Source: an uncultured Clostridia bacterium (GTDB taxonomy: Bacteria; Bacillota; Clostridia; TANB77; CAG-508). From it: a stretch of 64,000 bases of DNA. The first letter of the stretch is position 1. Each line of letters opens with the position of its first letter. Below, piece after piece: positions 41,209-51,878 of the stretch. The stretch spans positions 9,690-73,689 of the forward strand of contig CAUWGC010000010.1 of assembly GCA_963558405.1 (NCBI GenBank), written 5' to 3'. The notes under the pieces are model-generated. The model made no database searches, was not told the DNA's origin, and saw nothing but the letters and a program-made list of their open reading frames with translations. Made by a program: the position numbers and the translations under genes.

Positions 41209-41431
41209 ACATAATATAATATATTACATTTGTATTACAGTTTTATTACGATTCAATTAAATATATTGACTTTTTACAAAAAAACGATAAAATAAAAGCA
41301 TAAATTATCTAATTATGTTCAAACAAATAAATTAAGAAAAAATTAGAAAAAAATATAAAAATAACAAGTATTTTTTTGTTGATTTTTGTGGAAAATATAC
41401 ATATAAAATTAAATTTACAAAGGAGAATAAA

Positions 41432-43054
41432 ATGCCAAGTTGTTTAGGGTTATATATTGAAAACAATTTAATAAAATATGCAAAAGTATCTAAAGAACGA
41501 GATACTATAAAAATAGAAGCATTTGGCGTCAAATTTTATGATAAGCTTAATGAAGCAATAAAACAAATTATAAGTGAAACATATAGTTTTAAGATTCCGA
41601 TTAGCGTTAATTTATCACAAGAAATGTATAATTATTTTTATATGTTTAGTCTAATCAATAAAAAAGATATGCAAAAAGCAGTAGAAACTGAATTTGTTTC
41701 TTATTGTGCCGATAGAGGAATTAATGATAATTCTTTAGAATCTAGATATGTTTTAGTGAACAGCTTTGAAGATAAAGAAAAGATAAAGGTAATTCATGTT
41801 TCAACTAATAAAATGGAAATAAATAAAAGAATTCAACAATTTGAAGGTAATCGTCTAACAACAATTTCTCCACTTTCTATTAGCATAGCTAATTTAGTTG
41901 ATATCAAACCAAAAGAAAACATATTGATTGTTAATCTTGAAAACAAAACAACAATAACTAAAATTGTTCAAGAAAAATTATATGATGTCATTACATTAGA
42001 ACAAGGTGCATCAGATATTTTGAATTCTATAAACTTAAAAGAAAATTCTTATTTAAAGTCATATGAAATATGCAAAAATTCTACTATATATACAATGGAA
42101 GGAAAAGAACTACAAGAAGAGGAAAATTTGTATTTAGAACAAATAATGCCAACTCTTTATAATATTGTTACACAAGTAAAAGAAATAGTAGATGAAAGTT
42201 TGAATAAAATTGATAAAGTATATATTACGGGAACTGCATCTGTAATTAATAATATTGATTTATATTTTCAAGAATATTTAAGGACAACTAAGTGTGAAAT
42301 ATTAAAACCTTACTTTATAAATGAATTAACAACGAAAGTAAATATTAAAGATTATATTGAAGTTAATTCAGCAATTGCTTTGGCTCTACAAGGTTTGAGC
42401 GAAGGAATTAAAGGGATGAATTTTAAAAAGCAAACTTTAACAGATAAATTACCAAATTTATTTGGAAGTTCATCTTCAGAAAATAAAAACAGTAAGAATA
42501 ATTCAAAAAATAAAATATCAATAAGAAATGATTTAGGAGAACAATTAGACAAAACTGAGACAGGATTATTAACATTTGCAATTGGAATTTTAACTATAAT
42601 ATTAGTATATGGTGGATTTTCTATAACATTAGAAAATATGTATAATGACAAAGATTTAGAAATTGAGCAATATATTTCAAATACAACAAAAGAAATTGGA
42701 AAGGTACAAAGCGATATTGATAGCTTAAAAGAGAGTCAGGCAAGTTACGAAAAATTGTCAAGAAACCTAGAAGAAATGGCTGAAAAAGTTAATACTATTA
42801 ATCAAAGTAAAAATGCAATTCCAACGCTTTTAAGTCAAATTATGGTAAGAGTTCCAGAAGGTGTACAAGTTACAGCTATAGAAAATTTTTCAGATAATAA
42901 AATTAGAATAAATGCTCAGTCAACACAATATGAGCAATTAGGGTATTTTAAATCAGCAATAAAAACAAATGAAATATTGTACAATGTAGTGTCACAACAA
43001 ATGTATAAAGAAGGAGACATTGTTAAAACTGTTATAGAAGGTGAGTTGCCATGA
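41432..43054 (+). CDS. Type IV pilus PilM-PilN fusion
   Basis: PilM-like N-terminal region (LGLYI, VYITG), then TM, coiled coil and PilN-like C-terminus (VPEGVQVTAI). Confidence 0.72.
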   Translation: MPSCLGLYIENNLIKYAKVSKERDTIKIEAFGVKFYDKLNEAIKQIISETYSFKIPISVNLSQEMYNYFYMFSLINKKDMQKAVETEFVSYCADRGINDNSLESRYVLVNSFEDKEKIKVIHVSTNKMEINKRIQQFEGNRLTTISPLSISIANLVDIKPKENILIVNLENKTTITKIVQEKLYDVITLEQGASDILNSINLKENSYLKSYEICKNSTIYTMEGKELQEEENLYLEQIMPTLYNIVTQVKEIVDESLNKIDKVYITGTASVINNIDLYFQEYLRTTKCEILKPYFINELTTKVNIKDYIEVNSAIALALQGLSEGIKGMNFKKQTLTDKLPNLFGSSSSENKNSKNNSKNKISIRNDLGEQLDKTETGLLTFAIGILTIILVYGGFSITLENMYNDKDLEIEQYISNTTKEIGKVQSDIDSLKESQASYEKLSRNLEEMAEKVNTINQSKNAIPTLLSQIMVRVPEGVQVTAIENFSDNKIRINAQSTQYEQLGYFKSAIKTNEILYNVVSQQMYKEGDIVKTVIEGELP

Positions 43055-43737
43055 AAAAAATTCTAATATTAGTAATTATTTTATTGCTTGCAGTATTATG
43101 CGTATATGTGGGATTAAATGGTATATCACTTGGTAATTTTCATGTTTTAAGTATAAAACAAATACAAGAAAGAAATAATAATACAGATAAATTAATTATA
43201 CAAGCAGATAAACTTGCAAATTCTGATTATTTAGCTGCAATGAAAAATTTAAAAACTCAACAAGATAATGTAAAAAAAGCAAAGCAAGACTATTTAGACA
43301 AAGCAAGTATTAGTACTGAAGAAGAATTAAAATTAGCTTACCAAGAGATATCATATGAATTAGAAACATTGCAAGTAAAAATTGGAAATCATGCTCGTAA
43401 AAATAGTGTAAATATAGACATGAGAATTACAAATAGTAGCAAATCTACTAACAATATTAACTTATTTAATATTGACTTTGTAGTAAATGGACAATATGTA
43501 AGCATTTCTGATTTTGTTTATGCACTTGAAAATGATTCAGAATTAGGATTTAAAATAGAAAATTTTAAAATGGTTCCTGGTTCATCAGATTCTAATTTAC
43601 AAGCAAGTTTTAGAGTGTCAGATATTGCAATTAATATTGATCAATCTATGGTCCAAAATTCCTCATTGAATGAGCAAAAAAATGAAAATGAAAATGTAAA
43701 AACAACAAATACTGCAAATGATAAAACTCAACAATAA
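43051..43737 (+). CDS. PilO-like pilus assembly protein
   Basis: TM, coiled coil and VNGQYVSISDFVYALE PilO-like motif; position after pilMN. Confidence 0.6.
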   Translation: MKKILILVIILLLAVLCVYVGLNGISLGNFHVLSIKQIQERNNNTDKLIIQADKLANSDYLAAMKNLKTQQDNVKKAKQDYLDKASISTEEELKLAYQEISYELETLQVKIGNHARKNSVNIDMRITNSSKSTNNINLFNIDFVVNGQYVSISDFVYALENDSELGFKIENFKMVPGSSDSNLQASFRVSDIAINIDQSMVQNSSLNEQKNENENVKTTNTANDKTQQ

Positions 43738-43758
43738 GGAAAGGAAGGAACATAAAAT

Positions 43759-44145
43759 ATGAAATTAAAAAAAATATTGAAAGAAATTTTTATAACTATA
43801 TTATTAGCTATTGCTATTATACTTATTTTAGGCGTATTATTTTATAGTTATATACCAACAAATAAACTATTGCCTGGACAAGTTGCATATACACCAACTA
43901 AAGAAGTTAATGAATTAAAAGAGCAAGCACAGGCAGAAGAAAATATGCAAAAGGTAAATATTGTGTATGAAGTAGATGCTTCAGACCTAAAAGTTTATCA
44001 AAATAGTGGAAGCTATAATCCAGGAAAGGTAAATCCTTTTGCAAATATTTCAGAAGAGCCATCTGGAAATGGAAATACAGAAGAAACCGGTTCAAATGAT
44101 AAAAATGAAACTGGAAATTATTATCCAAACAAAGGTGGAAAATAA
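43759..44145 (+). CDS. Pilus-locus membrane protein (PilP-position, NPF motif)
   Basis: Single TM and GKVNPF. Confidence 0.5.
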   Translation: MKLKKILKEIFITILLAIAIILILGVLFYSYIPTNKLLPGQVAYTPTKEVNELKEQAQAEENMQKVNIVYEVDASDLKVYQNSGSYNPGKVNPFANISEEPSGNGNTEETGSNDKNETGNYYPNKGGK

Positions 44146-44207
44146 ATTTAGGTTATATTTATTATTTATATAGATATACACAAAACAAACTATAAGGAGG
44201 AATTTTT

Positions 44208-44420
44208 ATGTTTAAGAAAGAAAAGGGTATTACATTAGTAGCTTTAATTATTACAATTATTGTTTTAATTATCCTAGCAGGTGTAACTATTTCATTAGTT
44301 GTTGGAGATAATGGAATTATCCAAAAATCTAAAAATGCTAAAACAAATATGTTAAATGCTCAAAACTTAGAAAATGAACAATTACACAATGCTGAAAATG
44401 TAATAAATGGATTAAAATAA
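44208..44420 (+). CDS. Short type IV pilin, probable major subunit
   Basis: KEKG|ITLVALIITIIVLIILAGVTISLV class III signal, strong RBS and downstream hairpin. Confidence 0.85.
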   Translation: MFKKEKGITLVALIITIIVLIILAGVTISLVVGDNGIIQKSKNAKTNMLNAQNLENEQLHNAENVINGLK

Positions 44421-44530
44421 TATGTATTAATATTATATTTAAATAACAAAATATTATATAAGATCATTGGCATATGCATTATAATTTAATAATGTATATG
44501 CCAAGTTTAAATTAAGTAAGAGGAAAAAAA

Positions 44531-45352
44531 ATGGAATTAATTATTTATTTTTTAATTTTTATAATGGGGAGTTTTTTTGGTAGCTTTTTTACATTAGCAG
44601 TTTATAGAATACCACTAAAACAAGATATAATTCACAAACATTCTTATTGTCCTAATTGTAATCATAAATTAGGAACATTTGATTTAATTCCTATTTTTAG
44701 TTATATTTTTTTAAAAGGAAAATGTAGATATTGTAATACAAAAATAAGACCAAGATATTTCTTACTTGAAATTTTTTCAGGAACAATTTTTTTACTATTA
44801 GCTCTTTCTATTAGAATTAATTTTTATGAATTAGAAATAGCAAAATTAATTTATTTTATATTTGGAACAATGTATGTTTCTACATTGTTTATTATTGCTG
44901 GAATAGATAAAGAAAAAAAATATATTTCTAAAAGTGTATTATTATTTGGAATAATTACAACAGTTATATATATGATTTATCTATATATACTAGAAAATGC
45001 TAATATATATAGATATGTTATATATTTGATTATTATTTGTATAATTATTTTAATGCAGACAATTAAACTTAAAAAAAAAGGAAAAGAAGATTATTGGATG
45101 CAAATGATTACATTAATTATTTATACAGTTTTATTTACAGGAGAATATATTTTTGTAATTAGTGCTATTATATTTTTAATTCTTATTCCAATAATATCAT
45201 ATTTAAACAAAAAATTTAATAAAAAAACAAAATATGTAAAAAGTAATAAAATGATACTTCAAAATTTTCCTTTTGGATTTTACTATATCACAATTAATTT
45301 AATTATTTGGATTATGACAAACTTTTATATTACATATATATTTGGGGGATAA
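44531..45352 (+). CDS. pilD: Prepilin peptidase (A24)
   Basis: GSFF, SYCPNC, LIPIFSY..LKGKCRYC, multiple TM segments and PFG. Confidence 0.85.
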   Translation: MELIIYFLIFIMGSFFGSFFTLAVYRIPLKQDIIHKHSYCPNCNHKLGTFDLIPIFSYIFLKGKCRYCNTKIRPRYFLLEIFSGTIFLLLALSIRINFYELEIAKLIYFIFGTMYVSTLFIIAGIDKEKKYISKSVLLFGIITTVIYMIYLYILENANIYRYVIYLIIICIIILMQTIKLKKKGKEDYWMQMITLIIYTVLFTGEYIFVISAIIFLILIPIISYLNKKFNKKTKYVKSNKMILQNFPFGFYYITINLIIWIMTNFYITYIFGG

Positions 45353-45353
45353 A

Positions 45354-45761
45354 ATGATTATAAAAAAAGTAAAACAAGAGAAAGGAATTGCAGGAACAGA
45401 TATAATAGTTGCAATAATGATTATTGTATTATTTTCTGCTATAGTAGTAGGTGGAATGTATAATGCTTTTTATATATCTGCCGAAAATGATTATACTGCA
45501 ATAGCAGTTAGTTATGTAATACAATTTTTTGAACTTATTGATAAAATGGATTATGATTCTGTAACCGTAGAAAATTTGGAAAGTATTAGAGATAAATCAA
45601 ATGTTAGTTCTGACTTTGATATTAGTTTTAATGTAGAAAAATATCAAGACACTCATGAAGGAGCTAAAGATTTAATAAAAACAGTAAAAATAACAATAAA
45701 TTACTCAGTATTAAAAAAAGAACAAACAATAGAAATGAGCAAATTAAAAATAAAAGAATAG
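45354..45761 (+). CDS. Minor pilin
   Basis: QEKG|IAGTDIIVAIMII. Confidence 0.75.
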   Translation: MIIKKVKQEKGIAGTDIIVAIMIIVLFSAIVVGGMYNAFYISAENDYTAIAVSYVIQFFELIDKMDYDSVTVENLESIRDKSNVSSDFDISFNVEKYQDTHEGAKDLIKTVKITINYSVLKKEQTIEMSKLKIKE

Positions 45762-45770
45762 GGAGGAAAT

Positions 45771-46202
45771 ATGCGCTCAGAAAAAGGAATAACTTTAACA
45801 TCATTGGTGACATATGTTCTTGGAATAACAATAATTATTAGTATTATTACAATTATGAGTACTTATTTTTATAAAAACATAAAAATAGTAAATGATAGTG
45901 GAAAAAACTCAGAAAAATATACAGCTTTTAATATGTTTTTTTTACAAGATATAAAAAATGAAAAAATTACAATTGCTGAATGTACGGGGGACAAAATTAT
46001 TTTTTCTAATGGTGTTAATTATCAGTATTATAAAAATAGAATATATAGAAATGGTGTTGAAATATTAAATGGAATTGAACTTTTAAATTTTAAAACAAAA
46101 AAGGACGATTCTGGAAAAAAAGACATTGTAACAGTAAGTATTGCAATATCTGGAAATAGAAAATTAACCAGATCTGTTGACTATGTACTTAGATACTGGT
46201 AA
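45771..46202 (+). CDS. Minor pilin
   Basis: SEKG|ITLTSLVTYVL. Confidence 0.75.
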   Translation: MRSEKGITLTSLVTYVLGITIIISIITIMSTYFYKNIKIVNDSGKNSEKYTAFNMFFLQDIKNEKITIAECTGDKIIFSNGVNYQYYKNRIYRNGVEILNGIELLNFKTKKDDSGKKDIVTVSIAISGNRKLTRSVDYVLRYW

Positions 46203-46288
46203 ATTAATGTAAAATAAAAAAATACTTTTGTAAAATAAAAAATTAGAGTATAATAAAATAGAGAACGATAAACGAAGGAGGAAAAGAT

Positions 46289-47917
46289 ATGGATTCAAGA
46301 AAAAGACAACCTATTGGTATTGAACTTGTAAAAAGAGGTTTAGTAACAGAAACAGAAATAGAAAAAGCTTTAACATATCAAAAACAATATCCAAATAAAA
46401 AATTGGGTGATATAATTAGTTTACTTGGATTTTGTGATAATACATTATTAATCCAAACAATAGGAGAAATATTAGATGAAAAAGCAATTTATTTAACAAG
46501 TAAAGATATTAATTTAAATGTTACTGATTATATTTCAATTGATATTGCAAAAAATAATAAAGCGATACCATTTGATATTTCTTCAGGAAGAATAAAGGTT
46601 TGCTTTGCTGATACTTCAAATAAAAGAGCAATAGAAACAATTCGTTTATTATTATTAAATAAAGGATTAGTAATGGAAAAATATATTACTTTTGAAAGTA
46701 ATATAGAAAAAATATTAACATCTTTAGAAGGTGTTGCAAATGAAAAAATTAATACAAATAGTAATATTACAGAATTAGTTGATAGTATTATAAAAACAGC
46801 AATGGAAAAAAGAGCAAGCGATATTCATATAGAACCAATGGAACATGAAGTTAGAGTTAGATATAGAATAGATGGTGAACTTTATACAGCAGTTACAATT
46901 GAAAGTGAAAAACAGTCACAATTAATAGGTAGACTAAAAGCTATTTCAAATATGCACCAAGAAAAACAAGAATCTCAAGATGGTAGAATTTTATTATATC
47001 CAGATTATAATATACGTGTTTCTTCACAAAAAAATGTATATGGAGAAAAATTTGTTTTAAGATTACTTAAAAAAAATGAAGATATAAAAAGACTATTTGA
47101 ATTAGGTTTTCCAGATGATGAAAAACTTGTAAATAAGGCATTTAACAAAAGAAACAGTATTACTTTAGTTGCTGCACCAACAGGTGAAGGTAAAACAACT
47201 ACATTATATAGTATTATAGATTATTTAAACAGACCAGAAATTAATATAACAACAATTGAAGACCCAGTAGAAATCAGAATTGAAGGGCTAAATCAAATAG
47301 AAATAGATCCTAGAACAACATTTTCTGATTCACTAAGAACAGTTTTAAGACAAGATCCAGACATCATATTAGTAGGAGAAATTCGTGATACAGAAACAGC
47401 AGAAATTGCTATGCAAGCTGGACAAACGGGTCACTATGTATTATCTACTATACATACAATTGATAGTATAGAGGTTTTAACAAGATTAAGAAAAATGGGA
47501 ATTTCTAATTATGATATTGCAAGTACACTAGCTACTTCTGTTTCACAAAGATTAGTAAGAAGAATATGTCCACATTGTAGAAAAGAAAGAGAATATACAC
47601 AAGAAGAAAAAGAATTAATAGAATCTATTGCTAAAAGATATAAATTATCAATTGATTTAACAGACAAAAAAACATATGATGCTGTTGGCTGTCCAAAATG
47701 TAATAATTCAGGATATTATGATAGAATTGCAGTTTTTGAAATATTAGTTTTAACCGATAAAATTCGTGAAATGATTGTAAATAATAGTTCTGCAATAGAA
47801 ATTAGACAACAGGCAATGAATGAAGGATACGAGCCATTGATTATAGATGGAATTAGAAAAGTTATAAATGGAACAACAACATTACAAGAATTAAATAGAA
47901 AACTGGTAATTTATTAA
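46289..47917 (+). CDS. pilB: Type IV pilus extension ATPase (PilB/GspE)
   Basis: ASDIHIEP, APTGEGKTTT, EDPVE, LRQDPD, GEIRD and zinc motif. Confidence 0.93.
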   Translation: MDSRKRQPIGIELVKRGLVTETEIEKALTYQKQYPNKKLGDIISLLGFCDNTLLIQTIGEILDEKAIYLTSKDINLNVTDYISIDIAKNNKAIPFDISSGRIKVCFADTSNKRAIETIRLLLLNKGLVMEKYITFESNIEKILTSLEGVANEKINTNSNITELVDSIIKTAMEKRASDIHIEPMEHEVRVRYRIDGELYTAVTIESEKQSQLIGRLKAISNMHQEKQESQDGRILLYPDYNIRVSSQKNVYGEKFVLRLLKKNEDIKRLFELGFPDDEKLVNKAFNKRNSITLVAAPTGEGKTTTLYSIIDYLNRPEINITTIEDPVEIRIEGLNQIEIDPRTTFSDSLRTVLRQDPDIILVGEIRDTETAEIAMQAGQTGHYVLSTIHTIDSIEVLTRLRKMGISNYDIASTLATSVSQRLVRRICPHCRKEREYTQEEKELIESIAKRYKLSIDLTDKKTYDAVGCPKCNNSGYYDRIAVFEILVLTDKIREMIVNNSSAIEIRQQAMNEGYEPLIIDGIRKVINGTTTLQELNRKLVIY

Positions 47918-47961
47918 TTAAATTTTAACAGTTATGTTTTTTGTTTGGAGGAGGAATACTA

Positions 47962-49068
47962 ATGATAGATATAGATAAAATTTTAGACATCGCGATACAA
48001 AAAGATGCATCAGATATACATTTGATTTGTGATTTAAAACCAATGTTAAGAATTTTAAGAGATTTAATACCTATAGAACAAATGGATATATTAACATCAG
48101 ATGATTTATATGAAATATATGATTATTTGGTTAGAGGTAATTTAGATAAAGATAAGGTATTTAAAGAAACAAAAAAATTAGATACATCATTTGAATATAA
48201 AGATATTAGACTAAGGGTAAATATTTCTTTATCAAATGAAGTTCCAGTTTTTACATTAAGATTAATAAAAAATACCTTACCAAAATATGAAGATCTTGGT
48301 CTTCCAGATATTATAAGAAGAATGACATACCAGCCACAAGGACTTATACTAGTTACAGGAAAAACAAACTCTGGTAAGACAACAACTCTAAATGCTTTAA
48401 TAAATGAAATTAATGAAAAACAAAATAAAAAAATATTAACTCTTGAAAATCCAATAGAATATAAGCATGTTTCAAAAAAGTCAGTTATTGTACAAAAAGA
48501 AATAGGTGAAGGAAGAGATTGCTTAAATTTTAGTGATGGAGTAAAGAATTCATTAAGAGAAGATTGTGATATTTTAGTTATAGGAGAAATAAGAGATAGA
48601 GAAACAATGGATGCAGCCATAGAAACAGCTGAATCTGGTCATTTAGTAATAGGAACTTTGCACACAAAATCATGTGCAGAAACCATTGATAGAATGATTA
48701 ACTTTTATGATGTAAAAGATCAAACAAGTATAAAATATTTAATATCAGCATTATTAAAATTAGTAGTTTCACAAAGGCTTTTAAAAGGATCAAATGGTCA
48801 ATTAGTATTAGTACCTGAAGTAATGGTAGTAGACAATATCATATCTGGAATAATAAGAAAAGATAAAATTAGTGTTTCAGAAATTGAAGATGCTATACAA
48901 AGTAACTTAGAAAAAGGAAGTATAGGATTGATTAATTCAATTGCAAAATTATTTGTAGAAGATGTAATTACATTGGAACAAGCAAAAGCACAAATAGAAG
49001 AAAAGAATATTGAAACATTAAATAGAACTATTATGCAACTAAGAATACATAAGAGTAATCAACTATAA
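47962..49068 (+). CDS. pilT: Type IV pilus retraction ATPase
   Basis: ASDIHL, GLILVTGKTNSGKTTT, GEIRD, AESGHLVIGTLHT. Confidence 0.88.
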   Translation: MIDIDKILDIAIQKDASDIHLICDLKPMLRILRDLIPIEQMDILTSDDLYEIYDYLVRGNLDKDKVFKETKKLDTSFEYKDIRLRVNISLSNEVPVFTLRLIKNTLPKYEDLGLPDIIRRMTYQPQGLILVTGKTNSGKTTTLNALINEINEKQNKKILTLENPIEYKHVSKKSVIVQKEIGEGRDCLNFSDGVKNSLREDCDILVIGEIRDRETMDAAIETAESGHLVIGTLHTKSCAETIDRMINFYDVKDQTSIKYLISALLKLVVSQRLLKGSNGQLVLVPEVMVVDNIISGIIRKDKISVSEIEDAIQSNLEKGSIGLINSIAKLFVEDVITLEQAKAQIEEKNIETLNRTIMQLRIHKSNQL

Positions 49069-49089
49069 TAATTTAAAGGAGGTTTTACA

Positions 49090-50454
49090 GTGCCCGAGTT
49101 TATTTATAAAGCAGTAAACAAAAATGGTGTTATTATAAAAAATAGAGTAGAAGATGTTAGTAAACAAGCTCTAATTAAGCGTCTAAAGAATAATGATTTA
49201 ATGCCAATTAGTGTAATATCTCATGATGTTTTGAAAAATAAAAATAAATCAAAAGCAAGAAAAAGAAATATAAATAATGTAGAAGAAATTTTAAAAAATG
49301 TAAATACGGCTAATTTAGCACAAAGTAGAGGAAGAAAAGTATCTACTATAGATAAAATTAACATGGCACTGTCTAAAACTGAGCCACTTACTATTCGAGA
49401 TTTATCTATTTTTACTCAAAATTTTTATTTGTTAAAAAAAGCAAATTTTAATAATATACATGCATTAACAACAATATTAGAAAGTACAGAAAACCTAACA
49501 TTACGAACGATACTAGAAGATATTGTAGCTGGTGTAGAAGCTGGTGAAAATATGTATGTAACAATGGAATATTATTCAAATATATTTCCAGATATATTTT
49601 CATACGTGTATGTCAACATGATTAAAGTAGGGGAATTATCAGGATCACTAACAAATTCTTTAATGCAGGCTGTAAAGTATTTGGATGATACTGAAAAATT
49701 AAGAAAAAGATTAAGATCTATCTTAATTCCAAATATTATTCAATTTGTATTGTTATTAGTTATGCTAATTGCAGGTACATTAGTAGCTATACCAGCTATT
49801 CAGGGAGTATTTGATGCAGTAGGTTCAACTGATACGTTACCAGGAATAACAATATGGTTTTCAAATTTTATTAACAAGGTTATTGAATATTGGTATATTC
49901 CAACAGCTTTTATAGGAGCTATTGTTTTAGGAATAGTATTTTATATTAATACTCCAAAGGGTCAATATAATTTTGACTATTTTAAATACGTAATGCCAGT
50001 GTTTGGAAAATTAATTTATTCAATAGATTTTACAAGATTAATGAGAGCAATGCTTCTTAATTTAAAAAATGGAATGAGAATTCAAGATTCATTAGAAGTT
50101 AGTAAAAATGTTGTAGAAAATTATGTTATGCTATCAATTGTAGAAACAGCAATTAATAATATATATGTAGGTGGTTCATGGATAGAGCCATTTGAAAAAG
50201 CTGGACTATCTAGTGCAATGACAACTGAAATGTTAAAAATAGGTATGCAGACAGATTTATCAGAAATGATGGATAAACTTCTAGAATATATGGAAATTGA
50301 TATAGATAATACAATGGAAAAAATAATGAAGACATTACCACAAATTATATACATGATAGTTGGTGTTGTACTAATATTCTTCGTACTAGTTGTATTAGTT
50401 CCTTGTATTCAAGTATATATGGGTAACTTTTTATTCTCAGCAGCAGGAGTATAA
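49090..50454 (+). CDS. pilC: Type IV pilus platform protein (PilC/GspF)
   Basis: FIYKA start, two T2SSF repeats (VGELSGSL) and three TM segments. Confidence 0.9.
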   Translation: MPEFIYKAVNKNGVIIKNRVEDVSKQALIKRLKNNDLMPISVISHDVLKNKNKSKARKRNINNVEEILKNVNTANLAQSRGRKVSTIDKINMALSKTEPLTIRDLSIFTQNFYLLKKANFNNIHALTTILESTENLTLRTILEDIVAGVEAGENMYVTMEYYSNIFPDIFSYVYVNMIKVGELSGSLTNSLMQAVKYLDDTEKLRKRLRSILIPNIIQFVLLLVMLIAGTLVAIPAIQGVFDAVGSTDTLPGITIWFSNFINKVIEYWYIPTAFIGAIVLGIVFYINTPKGQYNFDYFKYVMPVFGKLIYSIDFTRLMRAMLLNLKNGMRIQDSLEVSKNVVENYVMLSIVETAINNIYVGGSWIEPFEKAGLSSAMTTEMLKIGMQTDLSEMMDKLLEYMEIDIDNTMEKIMKTLPQIIYMIVGVVLIFFVLVVLVPCIQVYMGNFLFSAAGV

Positions 50455-50515
50455 AATACGAAAAAAAGACAGGAAAAATTTTACCTGTCTTTATTTATAA
50501 GAAAAGAGGAAAAAT

Positions 50516-51436
50516 ATGAGAATTGGAATAGATTTAGGTGGAAGTCATGTAGCAGTTGGATTAATTTCAGAAGAAGGAAAAATTTTAATAAAAAAGCAAG
50601 CTGATATTTTAAAAAAATACAAAGAAGAAGGAAGAGTTCAAAAATTCATAGTAGACACTATTTTGCAAAGAATAGATGAAATACTTGAAGAAAGTGGTTT
50701 AAATAAAGAATTTATAACGCAAATAGGAATTGCAACACCAGGAATATTTGAAAATGGATGTATTTTAAATGCAGTTAATTTGGGAATAGAAGAATTAGCA
50801 ATAGAAAATAAAATCAAATTAAAATATGATTTAAAAATTAAAGGTGATAATGACGTAAAATGTGCTGCTATAGCAGAACAAAAATATGGTAGTCTAAAAG
50901 GATATAAAGATGCAGTATTTTTAACAATAGGAACAGGAATTGGTGGAGGATATATATATGATGAAAAAATAATAGTTCCAAAAACAAATCCAGGATTTGA
51001 ATTTGGTCATATGATAATAGAAAAAGATGGTAGAGAATGTAATTGTGGTAGTAAAGGATGTTTTGAAACATATTGCTCTATAAAAAGACTAAGGGAAAAA
51101 GTAAGAGCTATCTTAGGTTTAGACGAAAGCGTAAGAGGACATGAAATTGTAGAGTATATACAAATAGAATTAGAAAAAAATAATCAATTAATAAAGGATG
51201 TAATTGAAAAATATACTGACTATTTAGCAATTGGATTAAGTAATATCATAAATTTATTAGAACCTGAAGTAATTAGTATAGGAGGCAGTTTTGTACATTA
51301 TAGCCATTTTTTACTTCCATTAGTAGAAGAAAAAATTATAGAAAAAGGTATGTTGTTTAATAAAAGGGATAAAATTAATATAATACTTGCACAACTAAAA
51401 AACGATGCAGGAATGATAGGGGCAAGTATGTTATAA
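50516..51436 (+). CDS. ROK family sugar kinase (glucokinase-like)
   Basis: GIDLGGS, GTGIGGG, EFGHM, CNCGSKGCFE. Confidence 0.93.
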   Translation: MRIGIDLGGSHVAVGLISEEGKILIKKQADILKKYKEEGRVQKFIVDTILQRIDEILEESGLNKEFITQIGIATPGIFENGCILNAVNLGIEELAIENKIKLKYDLKIKGDNDVKCAAIAEQKYGSLKGYKDAVFLTIGTGIGGGYIYDEKIIVPKTNPGFEFGHMIIEKDGRECNCGSKGCFETYCSIKRLREKVRAILGLDESVRGHEIVEYIQIELEKNNQLIKDVIEKYTDYLAIGLSNIINLLEPEVISIGGSFVHYSHFLLPLVEEKIIEKGMLFNKRDKINIILAQLKNDAGMIGASML

Positions 51437-51500
51437 TTAGAAGATAGGGTGTTAATACACCCTTTTTTAGTTGAAAATTAAGTATATATATCATAATAAT

Positions 51501-51550
51501 CAAATTCACATAATATTGAATTTGACAAAAACATAAAAAAATAGTATAAT
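51501..51550 (+). promoter_or_regulatory. Consensus SigA promoter with overlapping inverted repeat
   Basis: TTGACA(51522)-17-TATAAT(51545). CAAATTCA-N8-TGAATTTG overlaps the -35. Confidence 0.75.
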
Positions 51551-51878
51551 AAAAAACAGTGTTACCAAAGTTTGGTAAAATAATGAGATTAAAAATATAT
51601 ATAATGTATAAAATTGAGAAAAAGAACGGATAATATAAATAAGAAGATTCGGAAATTATGTGAAAATATTCATTGGAACGGAAATTATAATGAATAAAAA
51701 TTACTAAAAAGATAAAAAAATTAAGTGTTCGGAATTTTACAAAAGAGATAACAAATCTTATAGTAATGCAAGTATAACATATTTTTTGAGTTTAATACTT
51801 TTGATATTAAGCTATTTTTTTGTCGCAATTTTAAAATATATGTGAAAATCGAAAAAAATATATAGGAGGAATAGATAA

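Noticed and set aside
44208-44420. Short pilin as a Geobacter-like conductive e-pilin
   Set aside because: The length is similar but the mature sequence has no aromatic residues.
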